Shown in pieces: positions 25,233-39,233 of a DNA stretch of 64,000 nt. Made by a program: the position numbers and the translations under genes. Source of the DNA: Okamejei kenojei (lineage: Eukaryota); assembly GCA_035221665.1 (NCBI GenBank), contig JAVHYY010000112.1, forward strand, positions 248,001-312,000, given 5' to 3'. The notes beneath the pieces are model-generated. The model saw only the letters and a list, made by a program, of their open reading frames with translations. It was not told where the DNA came from and did no database searches. Position 1 is the first letter of the stretch. The number at the start of each line of letters is the position of its first letter.

Positions 25233-26437
25233 CCATTTGCTGGAGCTGCTTCCACTTGAGCACTGTTGGGACCAGTGTCCCGGAAAACTGCACAACGGGA
25301 CGGTAGATTGGGCTTCCTGCTGCAAGTAGGAAGTGTCAATATGAGTTTTTGCATAGAGGAGGCACGCAGGATCACGTGATGTGTTGTAGGTTACACAGAC
25401 TCACTTCGTCATCGTTTCCGCTCATCCAACCCTTTCCTTTTGCCGACCACGGATGGATTCGGAAGCCGTGCTGTTGCATGGTTGACACCAACTCAGAACT
25501 AGATCCACGCCTGGCTTGCGCTGTGCTATCAATGAGCAAGTGTGGAATCGCTCTCTTCTTGTCCGCGGCCGCGATGACGTTGGCAATAAAGCTGCCCTCA
25601 GCTGCAATGAGCAACATTGCATTCCCCAATCGAGCAGAATATCGCCAATGTAGGGAGCACACAGATGAAGGAGATTGTGTTCATCCTCGTCGCCAATAAG
25701 CGATATATTTTGAATCACGGTAGCATTCATAATCGCACGAATACGTCTGTTTGAAAGCCACGTTGTTACCTTCCCCCTGCTAACATTGATATTTCCTAGA
25801 TCACCGTCCGCTTTGATATAACGTTTTTCACGTCTTACATTTCCATATCGCTAGTCTCCGTCTCCCCTGAATATCAGCCTCGACTCGAAACGTCACCCAT
25901 TTCTCTCCGAATATGCCTCATGTCCGGCTCGTACATCAACATGTTATCTTCGGCAGGGTACAACAAGGTTTAACTCCATAAACTAGAGTACAGGCTGATG
26001 CACATATTCCGCAATGTGGATATCGGGATTGATTCTGGAATTGATGCGCGACAATGTGGATAACTTTATTCTGCACTCTGTATCTTTCCCTTAGCTCTAT
26101 CTATTTCAGTTCGGTTTGAATGGGTTATATTTATGGATCATTATCTGATATGCTGGCAAGCATGGTAAGCATAGTGTATCACTCTATCTCTGACCATTAC
26201 GAATATAAACCGAATCCATGTGTTTTTCCAGACATCAGACATGGCGATTCTGTTCACACAGATTGCGCCCTCAGCACGGAGCACAGAAAGGGAGTTGGTG
26301 GGTTTCTGCTACGTCGATGTCACCGTAGCCCTCGAGGAAAACTGAGTGAGTTGGGAAGAATTCTCAGGCGGCGGAAAACCACAACCACCAAGCGCGGAGC
26401 GGAAGTATCTAGCTGCAGCAGACAAAGCGGAAGCTGA

Positions 26438-26476
26438 TGCTTTCGTAGGAAGGTTTAACTTGTTTCCATCACTGTG
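26438..26476 (-). other. 23-RSS of V5 with degenerate nonamer (ACGAAAGCA)
   Basis: cactgtg 26470-26476. Confidence 0.75.
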
Positions 26477-28316
26477 CTGCTAAAGGCGCAGTAATAACAT
26501 GCAGACTCGCTCAGCATCAGCCCCGATAGGGTTAACCATATACACCATATAACAATTACAGCACGGAAACAGGCCCTCTCGGCCCTTCCAGTCCGTGCCG
26601 ACCATTTGTTTCCCCCTAGTCCCATCTACCTGCACTCAGACCATACCCCTCCATTCCCTTCACGTCCATAATACCTATCCACTTTAGTCTTAAATGTTAA
26701 AATCGATCCTGCCTCCACCACTTCTGCTGGAAACTCATTCCACACAGCCACCACCCTCTGAGTAAAGAAGTTCCCCCTCACGTTACCCCGAAACTTCTGT
26801 CCCTTAATTCTCATGTCATGCCCTCTTGTTTGAATCTTCCCTACCCTCAATGGGAAAAACGTATCCACGTCAACTCTGTCTATCCCTTTCATCATTTTAA
26901 AGACCTCAATCAAGTCCCCCCTTAACCTTCTGCGCTCCAAAGAATAAAGACCTAACTTGTTCAACCTTTCTCTGTAACATAGTTGCTGGAACCCTGGCAA
27001 CATTCTAGTAAATCTCCTCTGTACTCTCTCTATTTTGTTGACATCCTTCCTATAACTAGGCGACCAAAATGGTACACCATACTCCAGAATTGGTCTTACC
27101 AATGCCTTGTACAATTTTAACATTACTTCCCTACTCCTATATTCAATGCTCTGATTTATAAAGGCCAGCACACCAAAGGCTTTCTTTACCACCCTATCTA
27201 CATGCGATTCCACCTTCAGGAACTATGCACAGTTATTCCTAGTCCCTCTGTTCCACAGCATTCCTCAATTCCCTACCATTTACCATGTACTTCCTATTTT
27301 GATTTGTCCTGCCAAGATGTAGCACTTCACACTTAACAGCATTAAACTCCATCTGCCATCTTTCAGCCCACTTTTCCAAATGGCCCAAATCTCTCTGTAG
27401 ACTTTGAAAATCTACTTCATTATCCACAACACCACCTATCTTAAGTTAAACTGACTAATTTTCTATCGGTCTGGAGCTGGACAAAGAAGCGAGCGCTTGC
27501 AAAGTCGGCTTTCTACTCGGTTCCATCTGAATATTTCCACAATACGAACTCAAGTCGTGATGATGCCGGTCCCAAAATAAGTTGTAGCACGTTTCTGCGG
27601 TATGATAGGTGCAGCTGAAAGCCATCGAATGTCCTTCTGTCTTCTGCGCTGACGGCAGCGATTGTGTGACAGTATTTCCTTGATTGGGATCTGACAAAAA
27701 AAATATGAGATTTAGGTTTGTTATGCTGCACCAAAAATACGCGGAAGACCTTTGTATTACATGCTAGCCAAACAGATCAACTGATAATATACTTAAATAT
27801 AATACAATCAAACGCACGTTCAATAGCTAGATAAAGAGAACAAAGAAAGTGCAGAATAAAGTTCATATTATTGTAGCGAATTAGTTCCAGAGACAAAGGC
27901 CAATGTCGACACTGGGGTAGACATGCATCGCATAGCCCGCTTGCATATCGAGGTGAACCGAACATTGGCGGGGGTAACAGGTAGTAAGGAACTGCAGATG
28001 CTGACGTAAACCCAAGCTAGACACGAAACGCTGGAGTTACTCAGCGGGTCAGCCAGCCTCTCTGGACAAAAACGATAGGTGCCCTGAAGAAGGGCCTCGA
28101 CCAGAAACATTACCCAAACCAATTAATGTTATCCATGGCATATGCATGGCGATTAGGTTGTACCCGGCTTTACATTTACATGTAGAAAAAGATTAGAACG
28201 GTTTCGCATTCACAATGATGGTAGAACGTTCCGTCGGAGTAAATGGCGGGATTAACACCTGCGACATTCCCCATCAGGCATGCTCCCCACACAATCCAAA
28301 TGGCAAATACCCGCAT
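26477..28316 (-). pseudogene. V5 (family I), split by a LINE: leader 28271-28316, V pieces 27445-27690 and 26477-26535
   Basis: NTVTQSLPSAQKTEG..FSCTY; frameshift; leader donor GT changed to GG; LINE inserted in FR3. Confidence 0.92.
26536..27444 (-). mobile_element. CR1 LINE (second subfamily), 5'-truncated, inserted in V5
   Basis: ORF 26626-27213 (LYKALVRPILEY..ERVQRRFTRMLPG..RRLRGDLIEVFK); TSD gttaa 26531-26535 and 27445-27449. Confidence 0.93.
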
Positions 28317-31099
28317 TTTCCCAGTGAAAAACCCTTTGTGAATGTTCCTTCTCGATCTCGTGCTGTGCGGCTTTCGGATGTTCTCGCCTCTCCTGCTGGA
28401 GCTGGTGGCGCTGTGGTAACCGTGGGCGGGAAGCGACTGCCTACCGCAACTTCCTCCCCATTTGGGACTCGGTCAGCGTTCTTTCAGGTTAGGCATGTAG
28501 TGACTGGGTGGGGAAGGAAACGTCGTCATCGCTGTAACAGGGGAAACTAGTCTCGGCTTTATGAGGAACTCTAAGGTATCATGATGTAAAAGAACTGTGA
28601 TGAGCGGGTCAATGAGGGAATTATAGGTTACGTTGATTGCTTGGCGAAATCTACTTTCTGTTTAAATTTATCTCCGAGTTAAAAATGATTCCCGTTCCCA
28701 GAACGAACTGCACGGAACGGATTCGATGCGAGATGGATGCAAGTTAGGATGCGAGGCCACCTTTAGAGTATTGCGTTCCGTTTTGGGTACCGTGGTGGGT
28801 GTCTGGATCGAGCTGCCGGGGTAGGTAGTGGAGGAAGGCACTAGCGCAACACCTTTGACAGGTACATGTAAAGGATAGACATGGAGCAATATGGGCCAAG
28901 CGCAGGATGGTTGGATTTGTGTGTTAATGTGTGCGTGTGTGTGTGTGAGAGAGAGAGCGTGGGAGCCTCTGTTCGCTGTCCTTGGCTCCATGCATACGTT
29001 GATCATCATGTTTTGGTGGCAGAGATAATTGATTTCAGAGGTGTTGTTGGATTGGAAACTATATGTCGTACATCATCTACTTTGCAGTCGATTTACCAAG
29101 TTATATAGTCGTGGGTGTTTCGAGCATGGAAATAGGCCCATCCGCTCAATCCGCCCACATCGAACAAAATGCGCCATCTACATTAGTCTAATTTGCCTGC
29201 GTTAGTCCCATATCCCTCTATACCTTTCCTCTCCATGTACCTAATCGAAATGTATTTTAAAAGTTGAGATGGCAACTGCCTCAACAACCTCCTCTGTCAG
29301 CTCGTTCGATACACCCTCCACCATTGCTTGAAAAAGCTTCCCCTCAAGCTCCTATTAAATCTCTCTGTTTCACCCTGAAACTCGAATGAACCCTACTCTG
29401 GGTAGATAGCTCTGTGAATACACGCTGTATATTCCCCCCCGTGATCGTATACACCTCTACGTGATCAGTTAAGTAGTCTTTTCCTGGAATGTAGTGTAAT
29501 AATGTAATATTAGCAGTGATGAAAGATTCAGTTGTAAAATTCGGATTAGATCTGAGAAGACCAGTTGGTCGGACGATAGACACAGCAAAGCGTTGTTTGC
29601 CCAGGCCAATAAACGGTTGGGATTGAACCAACTTTTCTGGCCGTATTCGTGCTTCAGGAGACAGGTGGTTGGCAGTGACGAACGTGACACAACGGGCAAC
29701 ACGTAAATTAGTAATTGTACTGCTTTGATTTTCTCACGTAATTCAAGGTTCACAAATTCAGGATGGACAGTAAGCAGACAGCGTCAAAGGGGCGAGAAGC
29801 AGATGTATCTCTTATGTCGATATTCTTGTATTGAAATTCGCATAGACAGAACAAACCGATAGTAAGACACATAGTGCCGGAGTGCTCAGCAGGACGAGAA
29901 GCATCCGTGAAGGGAATGGATAGGGCGAAGTTTCGAGTCGGGACCCGTCGTTGGTCCGATTGTAGGCTACTGATGCTAACGATCGCCTGTCTATTTTCCT
30001 CTACGGTTGAGGCCTGATCTACTCGCTTTTCCGGTACTTTCAGTGCCGCTCAATATTTCAACATCCGTCAGTTTCACCGTCGAAAGCAAAGATCTATATA
30101 GTTCCGCTATAGGACCTTTGGTCGAAAGAAGGTTAACATTGGAGAGAACTCGAATAGCCAGCGGAAAAGTATGGAAAAGAGCGGAATGCAGGAATTATGT
30201 TATGAACAACGGTTTATTGTGCCAGGTACAACAGTATAGCAACGGAATAGAGACAACTATAGACCGCGTCGTTATGAAGATAAACTGGGAAAATGTGTAT
30301 TGAACACGGTGATTATTCATTACGTGCAGAGGTGAGGGTGCACGACATCCAGTCGGGGGACATGCAGTGCTTCGCGGAGGTTTGGAGGATATTCATTGGA
30401 ACTGTGGCGAGTTTGGAGGATTCCAAAGGACGGTATCTCCCCATTGTCCCCATTCAAGGAGTATAGCCGCGCTGGTCCATATGGGGCATGTATATGTACA
30501 GCGTACTTTCACTCTATCCCCCAAAGTCCCCAAGTGTACACACGGAGACACGTACAGTCTTTTCTTTGATTGCTTAGCATGCAAACAAAGCGTTATTTTT
30601 TAAACTATTTCTCATTATACGTGGCAATAACAAACTGATCTAAACCAAACTAAACTAAGCTAAACTAAACAAACTAAACAAAACAAAACTAAACTAAACA
30701 AAACTAGAGTAAACTTACCTTAACTGAACTGAATTGAACTCAACAAAAGGAAATTAATCTAAATGAAACTGAACTGAACTAAACCAAACTGAACCGAATT
30801 AAACTAATGAAATTCACAGACATGATTTGGGAGACGTTCAATGCACAATGACTTTCAGGTATATACATGTGGTTACGTTTGCTCATCATATATCATCACA
30901 GAGCTCCTTGGGTAACATTATTTTGCTTTTATTCCTTCAGATATTTCCTTATAAGTACAGTGACTCCAGCGAAGCTGTTCTGTCAACAAATAGACCCCAC
31001 CCCGCTCACCGCTGTTGGAGAGCCAACTTGGACACGGGGCAACAACGAGGGAGCGCTCTGTTTGCCGCCATCACATCAACAATTCAGCCGATAGACACC

Positions 31100-31570
31100 A
31101 TGTGGTTCCTCATTATCTAGATGGCGTGGGAAACATATTTGATAAGTAATAGTGACACACATGCATCTCTTTTCTATTTTACTTGTGGAACAGGTTCTGA
31201 ATCTCAGACTTTAAATCTCGCCGGTCTGATATTTTTTTTCCGTTTGGATCTATTGTTACAGATCACGGCCGTGCAGATCCTGGCACTCAGTCGCCGCCAT
31301 TAGCAGTGAAGACAGAAGGAGAAACAGTGACGTTGGAATTCACCGTTTCTCCCCGGGTGCCTACAGTATATACTGGTATCGACAGATGCCCGTCTCAGAG
31401 CCCGTCTCAGAGTACACTTTACGGAAAGACAGCGATGGCGATGAATGGAAAGCGCAGTTTGCTAACATTCGTTTCTCTGTCGAACTCCGCACCGGGAGTA
31501 AATTCATCAGTTTGACCATCTCAGATCTGGAGCTGAGCGACTCTGCAGTTTATTACTGCACTTTCAGCCG
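31100..31570 (+). pseudogene. V6 (family II): leader 31100-31145, V exon 31262-31570
   Basis: TAG in leader at 31118; first Cys replaced by Phe; frameshift; local duplication (PVSEPVSE); ends LSDSAVYYCTFSR. Confidence 0.92.
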
Positions 31571-31608
31571 CACGATGATGGGAATCACTATACACCAATA
31601 CAGAAACA
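31571..31608 (+). other. RSS of V6 (CACGATG, 22-bp spacer, ACAGAAACA)
   Basis: Direct reading; heptamer mutated. Confidence 0.8.
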
Positions 31609-32106
31609 CCAGGCGCCTTGTGGCTCGCGCTGGAATCCAATGCATGCCTCACACGGGTTCCTGCTCGCGGTTTGTTCTCATTCTGAGTTTTGATCCCAAA
31701 TTAGTTTTTGGAACGATTTGAGCAGGTGCGCCGGTGTTTTATTTCCGATTGGCTGAGAACTGTCACCCCTGGATCCCTTCCTTCCGTTGCTGGCTCCTGT
31801 TCTTTTCTATTCTCCGCTCCATCTCTCTCTGTACAACAGCTTCGAAATGAAAGTCTCGCAGCTTCCCAGCTTTCCAGAAAACGCGGTATTAGGGATGTTC
31901 CTTGTTCTATTCTGATTCAAAAAAATATTTATTCAAAGTGTCCTACGAGTTGTGATCATTTCCTGCCGATTACGATGAACACAATGTCTGGCGGTGTGTA
32001 GATTGCACGCTCTCCTGTTCGTCGAAATATATCGTTAAGTCGCAGAATATCTTACTCAGAATAGGGGAAGCAAGAACCCGTGGACGTGGGTAATAGGTGG
32101 TGGGGT

Positions 32107-32146
<40 letters not shown>

Positions 32147-32855
32147 CGGGGGTTAATAGCAACCCGAGTGGTAATTTTGTCCACACATACGGTGGCGCTG
32201 TATGGAAGGAGCTGCCGGAGGAGGCAGTTAAGGCAGGGACTATCGCAACGTTGACGCAACTTTAGACAGGGGCATGGATTGGACAGGTTTAGTGGGATAT
32301 GGGCAAAACGCCTGACGGCGGGTGTACTAAATGCTGGAGTAACTCAGCGTGATAGGCAGAATTTCTGCAGAGATGGAATGTGTGACGTTGCGGGCCGAGA
32401 CCCTTCTTCAGACGTCTTCAGATGGGGCATGTTGTCGACGTGGGCAAATAAGGCCGAAGGACCTGTTTCCATGTTGTATGATTTTATGACGACAATTATT
32501 ATATCCTTCAATCCCTGACACCATTAATTGATTGGTATTAAGATGCAGCATGAAAACAGGCCCATCAGTCAACAGAGTGCACGATGAGCATCACTCAGCA
32601 GTTCACACTAGTTCCTACTTTCGCTTCCACTGCGTACGCATGAAGTCAAATTTACACCGGCCAATTGACCTACAATCACGCACGATATTTGAGATGTGGG
32701 GGAAAACCGAAGCTCCCGGAGGAAAGATAAGCGGTAGCATGGATAACTTGCAGACTCCACATAGACAGTGCCTAATGTGAGAAAAAGAGAACGTTTCACT
32801 ACTGTGCCATAGTAGACGGGTGAGGCGTAAGAGCGAGATGGGGCATCAACGGTTA

Positions 32856-35834
32856 GAATAGTAAGATAAAAGGAGAACTTGCCAGTTTGAAGTTTGATCT
32901 TCATTTTATGAGGAGTTGCGATGAGGGATTTCGTGAAGACCCCGCCAGGCATGCATGCGCGACATTCTTCAAAGCAGCGGTGCGGAATCACAGATAACAA
33001 TGACTGAAGATAGTAAGATTAAAGAACTCGAATATACCAGTTAACCTTATGAAAGAGGGTTGGGAGTGGAGGGCAAATATAGTTTTAGCAAATATTTGCA
33101 GGTTCAACATCCACTTGATGCCGTTAGTAAATACTTGTGACCTGGTGTCCGCCACTGTATTGAGCTTAACCGGAAGGTACGTAGCTGATATCCAAATATT
33201 TCTTTCAATCCACTACAGCGAAATTATTTTTTCCATTTCATCACTTGATATCACCCATAAGGTTTAAATACGCCACCTCAGTGGTTTTATTGAAGACGGA
33301 CATGCATATGCTGCAGATTAGTGCATTAAGCCCGTAGCCCGTGACATGCTCCCAGCATTTCTAAACAGTTTATACCTTGTGATTGAAAAAAAGTAGACTC
33401 GTGCAAATCCCATCTACCACTCCAACTGGAAATGGTGTTGGTAGCTCCCCAGCCCTTGGTGCTTGCGTCGGTTTGTAACACTACTAATGGGTTTGATATA
33501 ATGATGGGTTTTAACAATCACAAACATAACTAATCCACTATCGTAGCTCAATGTATGCCTTGACTGGCGGCTGCATAGGCCCGTAAGAATGTCCAGCGTT
33601 CGCTTTTAATGCCGAGATTTTGCTCTTTGCAAGCTTAGATAGTGCAACGGCCCAATTATGTAGCTAGAATGTAGCTACAGGTTCAGCAATTATTTTAGCA
33701 GTATGTCTAATAGTCGGTTTCCTGGCGCAAGCAAGGCTGTTACATGCCTCTATTATGTCTATAGCTTTGTTCCCTGGGATAGTGACAATCAGCTCCCTTG
33801 CAACCCAGAATATATATAACCGCTCTCCTACTTGTGAGGTTAAACATGCAGCACTTCCAAGAGAACCAGACACCCTTACATCCATGGTTACCGGCGGGCC
33901 TGACGATCTGGTTCCTGGTGTTCCGTTGAATTGTGTTGAGGTGCTGCCGGCGTGTAGGTCCTTACTGGTCTTTCAGGTGGCCCCCGAGATTTTCCACATG
34001 GTGTTTGTCTGCGCACTGCCGGCCTGCTGGAGGGAGGTGGGTTCATCAACCGTCGGCCTTCCCCTCCTAATCCGGGTCCTAGACCTGTTTGGGCAGGTCC
34101 TCACCGAACAGCTGTTTCGGTGGTGGCATCGCAGATGCCAAGTACAACCCCGCAAATAAGGGGTTTGGAGTCGGTTTGATGGCGATACTCTGGGAAGTGT
34201 TAACTTCATGACTAATATTGCAAGCGTATCCTCCTTTTCTGCCGTCATTTCCATGCCGTCAACCGACCTGGCAAAGGCAGTAATCCCCGACGTTCGGTCA
34301 CATCCTGCCGCTAAAGTGGGGTGCGCCGATCGAGATGAGACTACACCGGCCCGCGTTCTGGCAGGCTCCCCCGGCGGCGAGTCTACGCCGGCCAACAATG
34401 CGGGGTTGCAGACCCTGGCCTCAATCCTTCACCAGCCCGTGAACTGGCGGCTGCTCCGGTAGAAAGTCGACCCCGGCTCCTACAGCGGCGTTTAACCGAC
34501 GGTTGTGCGATTCTGCCCCTGGTCCTCTCTCTGGAGACCTGCTTAGTTGGGGAGAGAGAACGTGCGCCAGGCGAATAACACGTTTACGCAACTTTGCTCC
34601 ACTGTCCCTATGCTTAGGTGACAGTGGTAGGGAGTCAGGATCTTGCCTACCCTGATCCTGTGCGGTGCTCTTACCACTCTACGGCTCCACGGCCAGCCGT
34701 GGTGGATAATCGGGTCCTGGCTGCTGCAGGGCTCCTCGGTTTCCGCATTCTTATCTCGGCCCACAGAGCGGGCGCTGCCGGTGTTGCTGGCAGCTCCGGG
34801 AATAATGGGCGCTGACTCCCATCCAAAGTACCATGGTCCTGGGAGGCATACTCGTTGCCTTCATTCTGGTCTCCCATCCATTGCTTCTTTAAGCAAAGTC
34901 TAGTACAGAAGCTAAACAACTCAAGGTTAATATCTTACCTGAGGGTCCTTATGAGCTTCCGGTGGAGGAGCGCACTCTCTCCACCCCCCGCAGCTCCAAT
35001 GGTGACCAGACTCTCATGCGGGACATAGACTGCCGCTAACGGCAAGGCTCCCCCCTGTGTGTGAGTCGGAGCCCCGGCTCTGTCTACCACCTCTATAGGT
35101 TTAGCATAGCCGTCATTCCGCGGTATAGCTGCTGCCAGCGGCGTTCCTACTCTGCCTTCGCTACCCGCGAATGGCAGTCTCCGAGCCCGGACCCTCCTGG
35201 TCCACGGGCTTGCCCGACTGCCGGATAGCGTTGCCGTCACGGCCTGCGAACGGCGAGTGTGAGCCCGGACCCTACCGGGTCAACGAGCTGCCCAAGCTCC
35301 CCGGTGTAGAAATGAAGTCGGGGCAACGGCGTAAGTAGAACCGTCAGCCCACAGACTCATTGCGGGCTGCGGTGTAGAGTCGGGGCTGCCGCTGTGCCGT
35401 TGCCTGCAAGCCCCACTCCCTGTTGATTCAGACAGCCCGCAGTGTCCCCCAGTGCGGTGTAGAGTCATTTATTCATGCCGCCATCCCGCGGTGTTCTGCA
35501 GGCTGCGGTGTTGCGTCGGGCTGCCTCTGCCGTCCCTCCGACCGGCGAGTGTGAACCCGGACCCTCCTGGGTCAACGGGCTCTTCCCGACTCCGGTTGGT
35601 TGCTGCCGCCGCTGACTGCCCGCATCCCGCGTCCGCAGTCAGTCCGAAGCGTCCTGGAGTACTCTGAAAACAGAGTCCCTAAAAATGTAAAAAGGACCGC
35701 AGGTTAGTTTTTCTTACCTGCATGTCCCTGCAGTACAGGAGCAACGCTGTCGCTTACATGCGGTCGACGATATGTCGCGCATGCGTGCCTGGCGGGGTCT
35801 TCACGAAGTCACGCACGTGACTCCGAAGTAAAAT
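32856..35834 (-). mobile_element. DIRS-type (tyrosine-recombinase) retrotransposon, internally deleted
   Basis: RNase H motif LQTDASTKGWGA..WSGRW..INCLEMLG (33326-33517); inverted terminal repeats 32930-32965 and 35772-35807; empty site at ~44820. Confidence 0.85.
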
Positions 35835-38800
35835 ACAATTTAGCTCATTAGAAAATTAATTGAATTTAGGTTAGTTTAGAGATACAACGCAGAAACAGGT
35901 CCTTCGGCCCACCGAGACCACATCGACCAGCGAACCCCACAAAGTAACATTATCCTACACACACTGGGGATAATTTACACTTACAGCGAGCGAAGTAACC
36001 TACATGCCCGTACGCCACAGATCTCGGGAGAACACACGAGGTCACGGAGATAACCTATCAATATCCGTGCAGGCAGCACCCGTAGTCGGGATCGAGCTCG
36101 GGTCTCCGACGCCGGAAGTGATGTAAGACAGCAGGTCTACTGATGCGCCACCGTGGCCGCCCAGAATTTAATTTATGTGGGTTGGAATGGGGAGCAGGAT
36201 CAATAATTCACGCGAATGCTTTGCGGTCTCGGAGCACACCGTGAATGTTAGTATATGAACACAACGCATTTTCGCAGAGAATAATAAAGAAAGGAGCCAA
36301 GTCAAAAACGATTTCCACTCGCTGAAAACGCCCTTAAAATAACAATATTGCCTTCTCCTCCTTGAATGAATAGTGGTAAGTAAATGTTTGATGAAGCGAG
36401 CAGTGTAACTCATCATTGAAACTGGAGATGAACAACTAACAAAATAATTTGCAGCAATTTGAAGTGTGACATAAGGTTGTTAAAGAAGAGGAGCGTCTTG
36501 GCGTTGAAATGTTCATCTCAATTTCGGATTCCATGCCTTTCTCTTAACATCTCCGCTGCGCCATTTTACAAGGCCATTGACCACATATCGCCGCTAGTAG
36601 TGGTTTTGCCCTTATCCCCTTTCATCCCCTGACGAAGCTCGATTCTTTAAATATTATTATCAGTGGCATTAGATTTATGTATGTTGTAGGATAATTCAAT
36701 GAATTCATTGAGAATTGTTGTGACTGTTATTATGAAGAGCGCGCGCCGGTGTGGAAATCTTTGGCGACTTGATGCATATCTTTATCATTCTCTTAGAAAA
36801 TTCTTGTTGCCCATATTTACCCGGCGTGGTTCACCCCAAGATCTGCCTCAACGATTACTGTATTCAGATGAAATATACCGTAAGTCCAACAGTAGCAGTG
36901 CCCCTAAGTTCCACTCTGTAGTTCTGTGATTGATCGGAGTATTTGGCAAATAAGTTTGCAGTCTAGTTACCGGATGACCAACTAACCGGGATACATGCCT
37001 GTGTACACTGTGATTGACGATCCTTCCATCTATAACAATAACATACGAGGTTATTCTGCCGATCACTTATTTTCGCAGCTGAGTTTAGGCAGATCAATAA
37101 CATTCGAACATTATAAGACACGACAACATTTTCCAGAAAGATATCCACTTTAACGAAGAAAATGTTATGAAGCATCGTGTCTTTATTTGAAATAAAGATA
37201 ATTTTCATTTAGCTTCTTTCGCTTTCGTATCTAGAAATTGGGATCGTGCTAAGCGTTTACTTCGTATATCTAACCCGTTCTGCTGGAACAGCCTTCCAGT
37301 CCATTCTTGAAAGCAATCACAAATTGATCCAATTCCGTGTAAATAAGGCCAGACCTTATTTATACCAGTGAAGAGAACACATTTTGCAATTTCGCAATGC
37401 GTTATTCATTTTCTGCTTTCCTTATGATACAGCAGATATTATATTTGCCTTCCGCATTTGAAAATATTGTAGTGCATGGGAAACAAGTGACAAATGACTA
37501 TAGTTGCTGGAATCTGCAGCACAAGTAAAATTACGTGTCTAAGGATCTCAGCGGCGTCTGCCAGAAATTGTATAAGAAAATGAAATGCGTGAGACCAGTT
37601 GTGGTACACGAACTGTGAATCCCCACCTGAGGATTAAAGAATTAGTGGATGGACTCTGGTGAGGGAGAGACGGGTGGGTATAACAGCAGAGCTTGATACG
37701 AAGCCTGTTTCTTCGTTGTCCACATGGGGCATCCTTTGTTGCAAACCCATTCTCGCAAACTTCCCAATTCGGCCTCCTCTGCGCGGACTACGGCTTGTGG
37801 ACGGCATCTTAGAACCAGGCAGTACAGGCTAATATTATTAATTTCCACACTAAAGTCCGTCCCGGCCTCAAATTGGTTGGAACCACTTTGCTCCTTTTTC
37901 CTAATCGTTTTGGGTCTGTAACCCGAAGGTTACACCGACTCAACAGGTGAGGGGTGATGTAATCTATAGCAAAAAAAACATTTGCTGGAGCTGTGTCCAC
38001 TTGAACCCTGCTGGGACAAGTATCCTGGCAATAGCACAACGGGGCGGTAGATAGGGCTTGATGCTGCAAGTAGCAAGTGTCAATATGAGTTTTTGCAAAC
38101 ACATATAGGAGGCACGCAGGATGACGTGATGTGTTGTAGGTTACACAGACTCACTTCGTCATCGTTTCCGCTCATCGAGGTCTTTCCTTTTGCAGACCAC
38201 GGATGGATTCGGGGGCCGGTGTTGTTACATGGCTGACGCCATCTCAGAAATAGGAGCCGCGCCAGGCTTCAATGTGTCAATGAGCCAGTGTGGCATCGCT
38301 CTCGTCATGTGCGCGGCTGCGATGACGTTGTCAATAAAGGACTCGATGTAACACTCTCTGCTGCAATGAGCAACATTGCATTGCCCAATCGAGCCGATTA
38401 TCGCCAATGCAGGGAGCACACTGATGAAGAAGGTGAGGTTTATCCTCGTCGCCATTAAGCAATACATTTTCAATCTCGGTATCATTCATAATCGCACTGA
38501 AGTTTCTGTTTGAATGCCACGTTGTTATCTTCCCTCGAGCTAACAATGATATTCGACATTTCCTTGATCACTGTCAGCTTAGATATATCGTTTTCACACC
38601 TTAACCTTCCATATCGCTAGTCTCCCTCTCCCCTGACTCCCAGTCTCGACCCTAAACGTCACCCATTTTCTCGCAGGATATGCATCCTGCCCCGCTGTTA
38701 CACCAGCATTCTGCGTCTATCAACGGCAGGATTGAACTCCATAAAGTAGATTTCAGGCCGGTGCACATCGACCCCATTGTGGACATCTGGATTTGATTCT

Positions 38801-39194
38801 GGAATTGATGTGCTCCATTGTAGAGAACTTTATTCTGCACACTGTATCTTTCGCTTTGCCCTATCCATAGCAGTTCGGTTTGAAAGGGTTGTATTCATGG
38901 ATCGTTATCTGATCTTCTGGCTAGTATGCAATGCATAATTCATCACTGTATCTCTGACAATTATAAATTTAAACCCAATCCATGTGTTTTCCAGACATCA
39001 GATATGGCAATTCTGTTCACACAGATACTGCCCTCAACACGGAGCACAGAAAGGGTTTCAGCTGCGCCGATGACACCGCAAGCCGCCCTTGAGAGAAACT
39101 GAGTGAGTTGGGAAGAATTCTCAGGCGGCGGGAAACCACAACCACCAAGCACTGTGCAGACGTATCTAGCTGCAGCAGGCAAAGCAGAAGCTGA

Positions 39195-39233
39195 TGTTCT
39201 TGTAGGACGGTTTCACTTGTTTCAATCACTGTG
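39195..39233 (-). other. 23-RSS of V7 (CACAGTG, 23, ACAAGAACA)
   Basis: cactgtg 39227-39233; tgttcttgt 39195-39203. Confidence 0.92.

Noticed and set aside
32101-32152. Long poly-G tract (poly-C at ~18705 and ~54484) as a G-quadruplex or switch-like region
   Set aside because: Simple homopolymers inside repeat remnants; lengths are unreliable
33973-35667. Several GC-rich ORFs
   Set aside because: Internal to the DIRS element (probable degenerate gag region), not host genes
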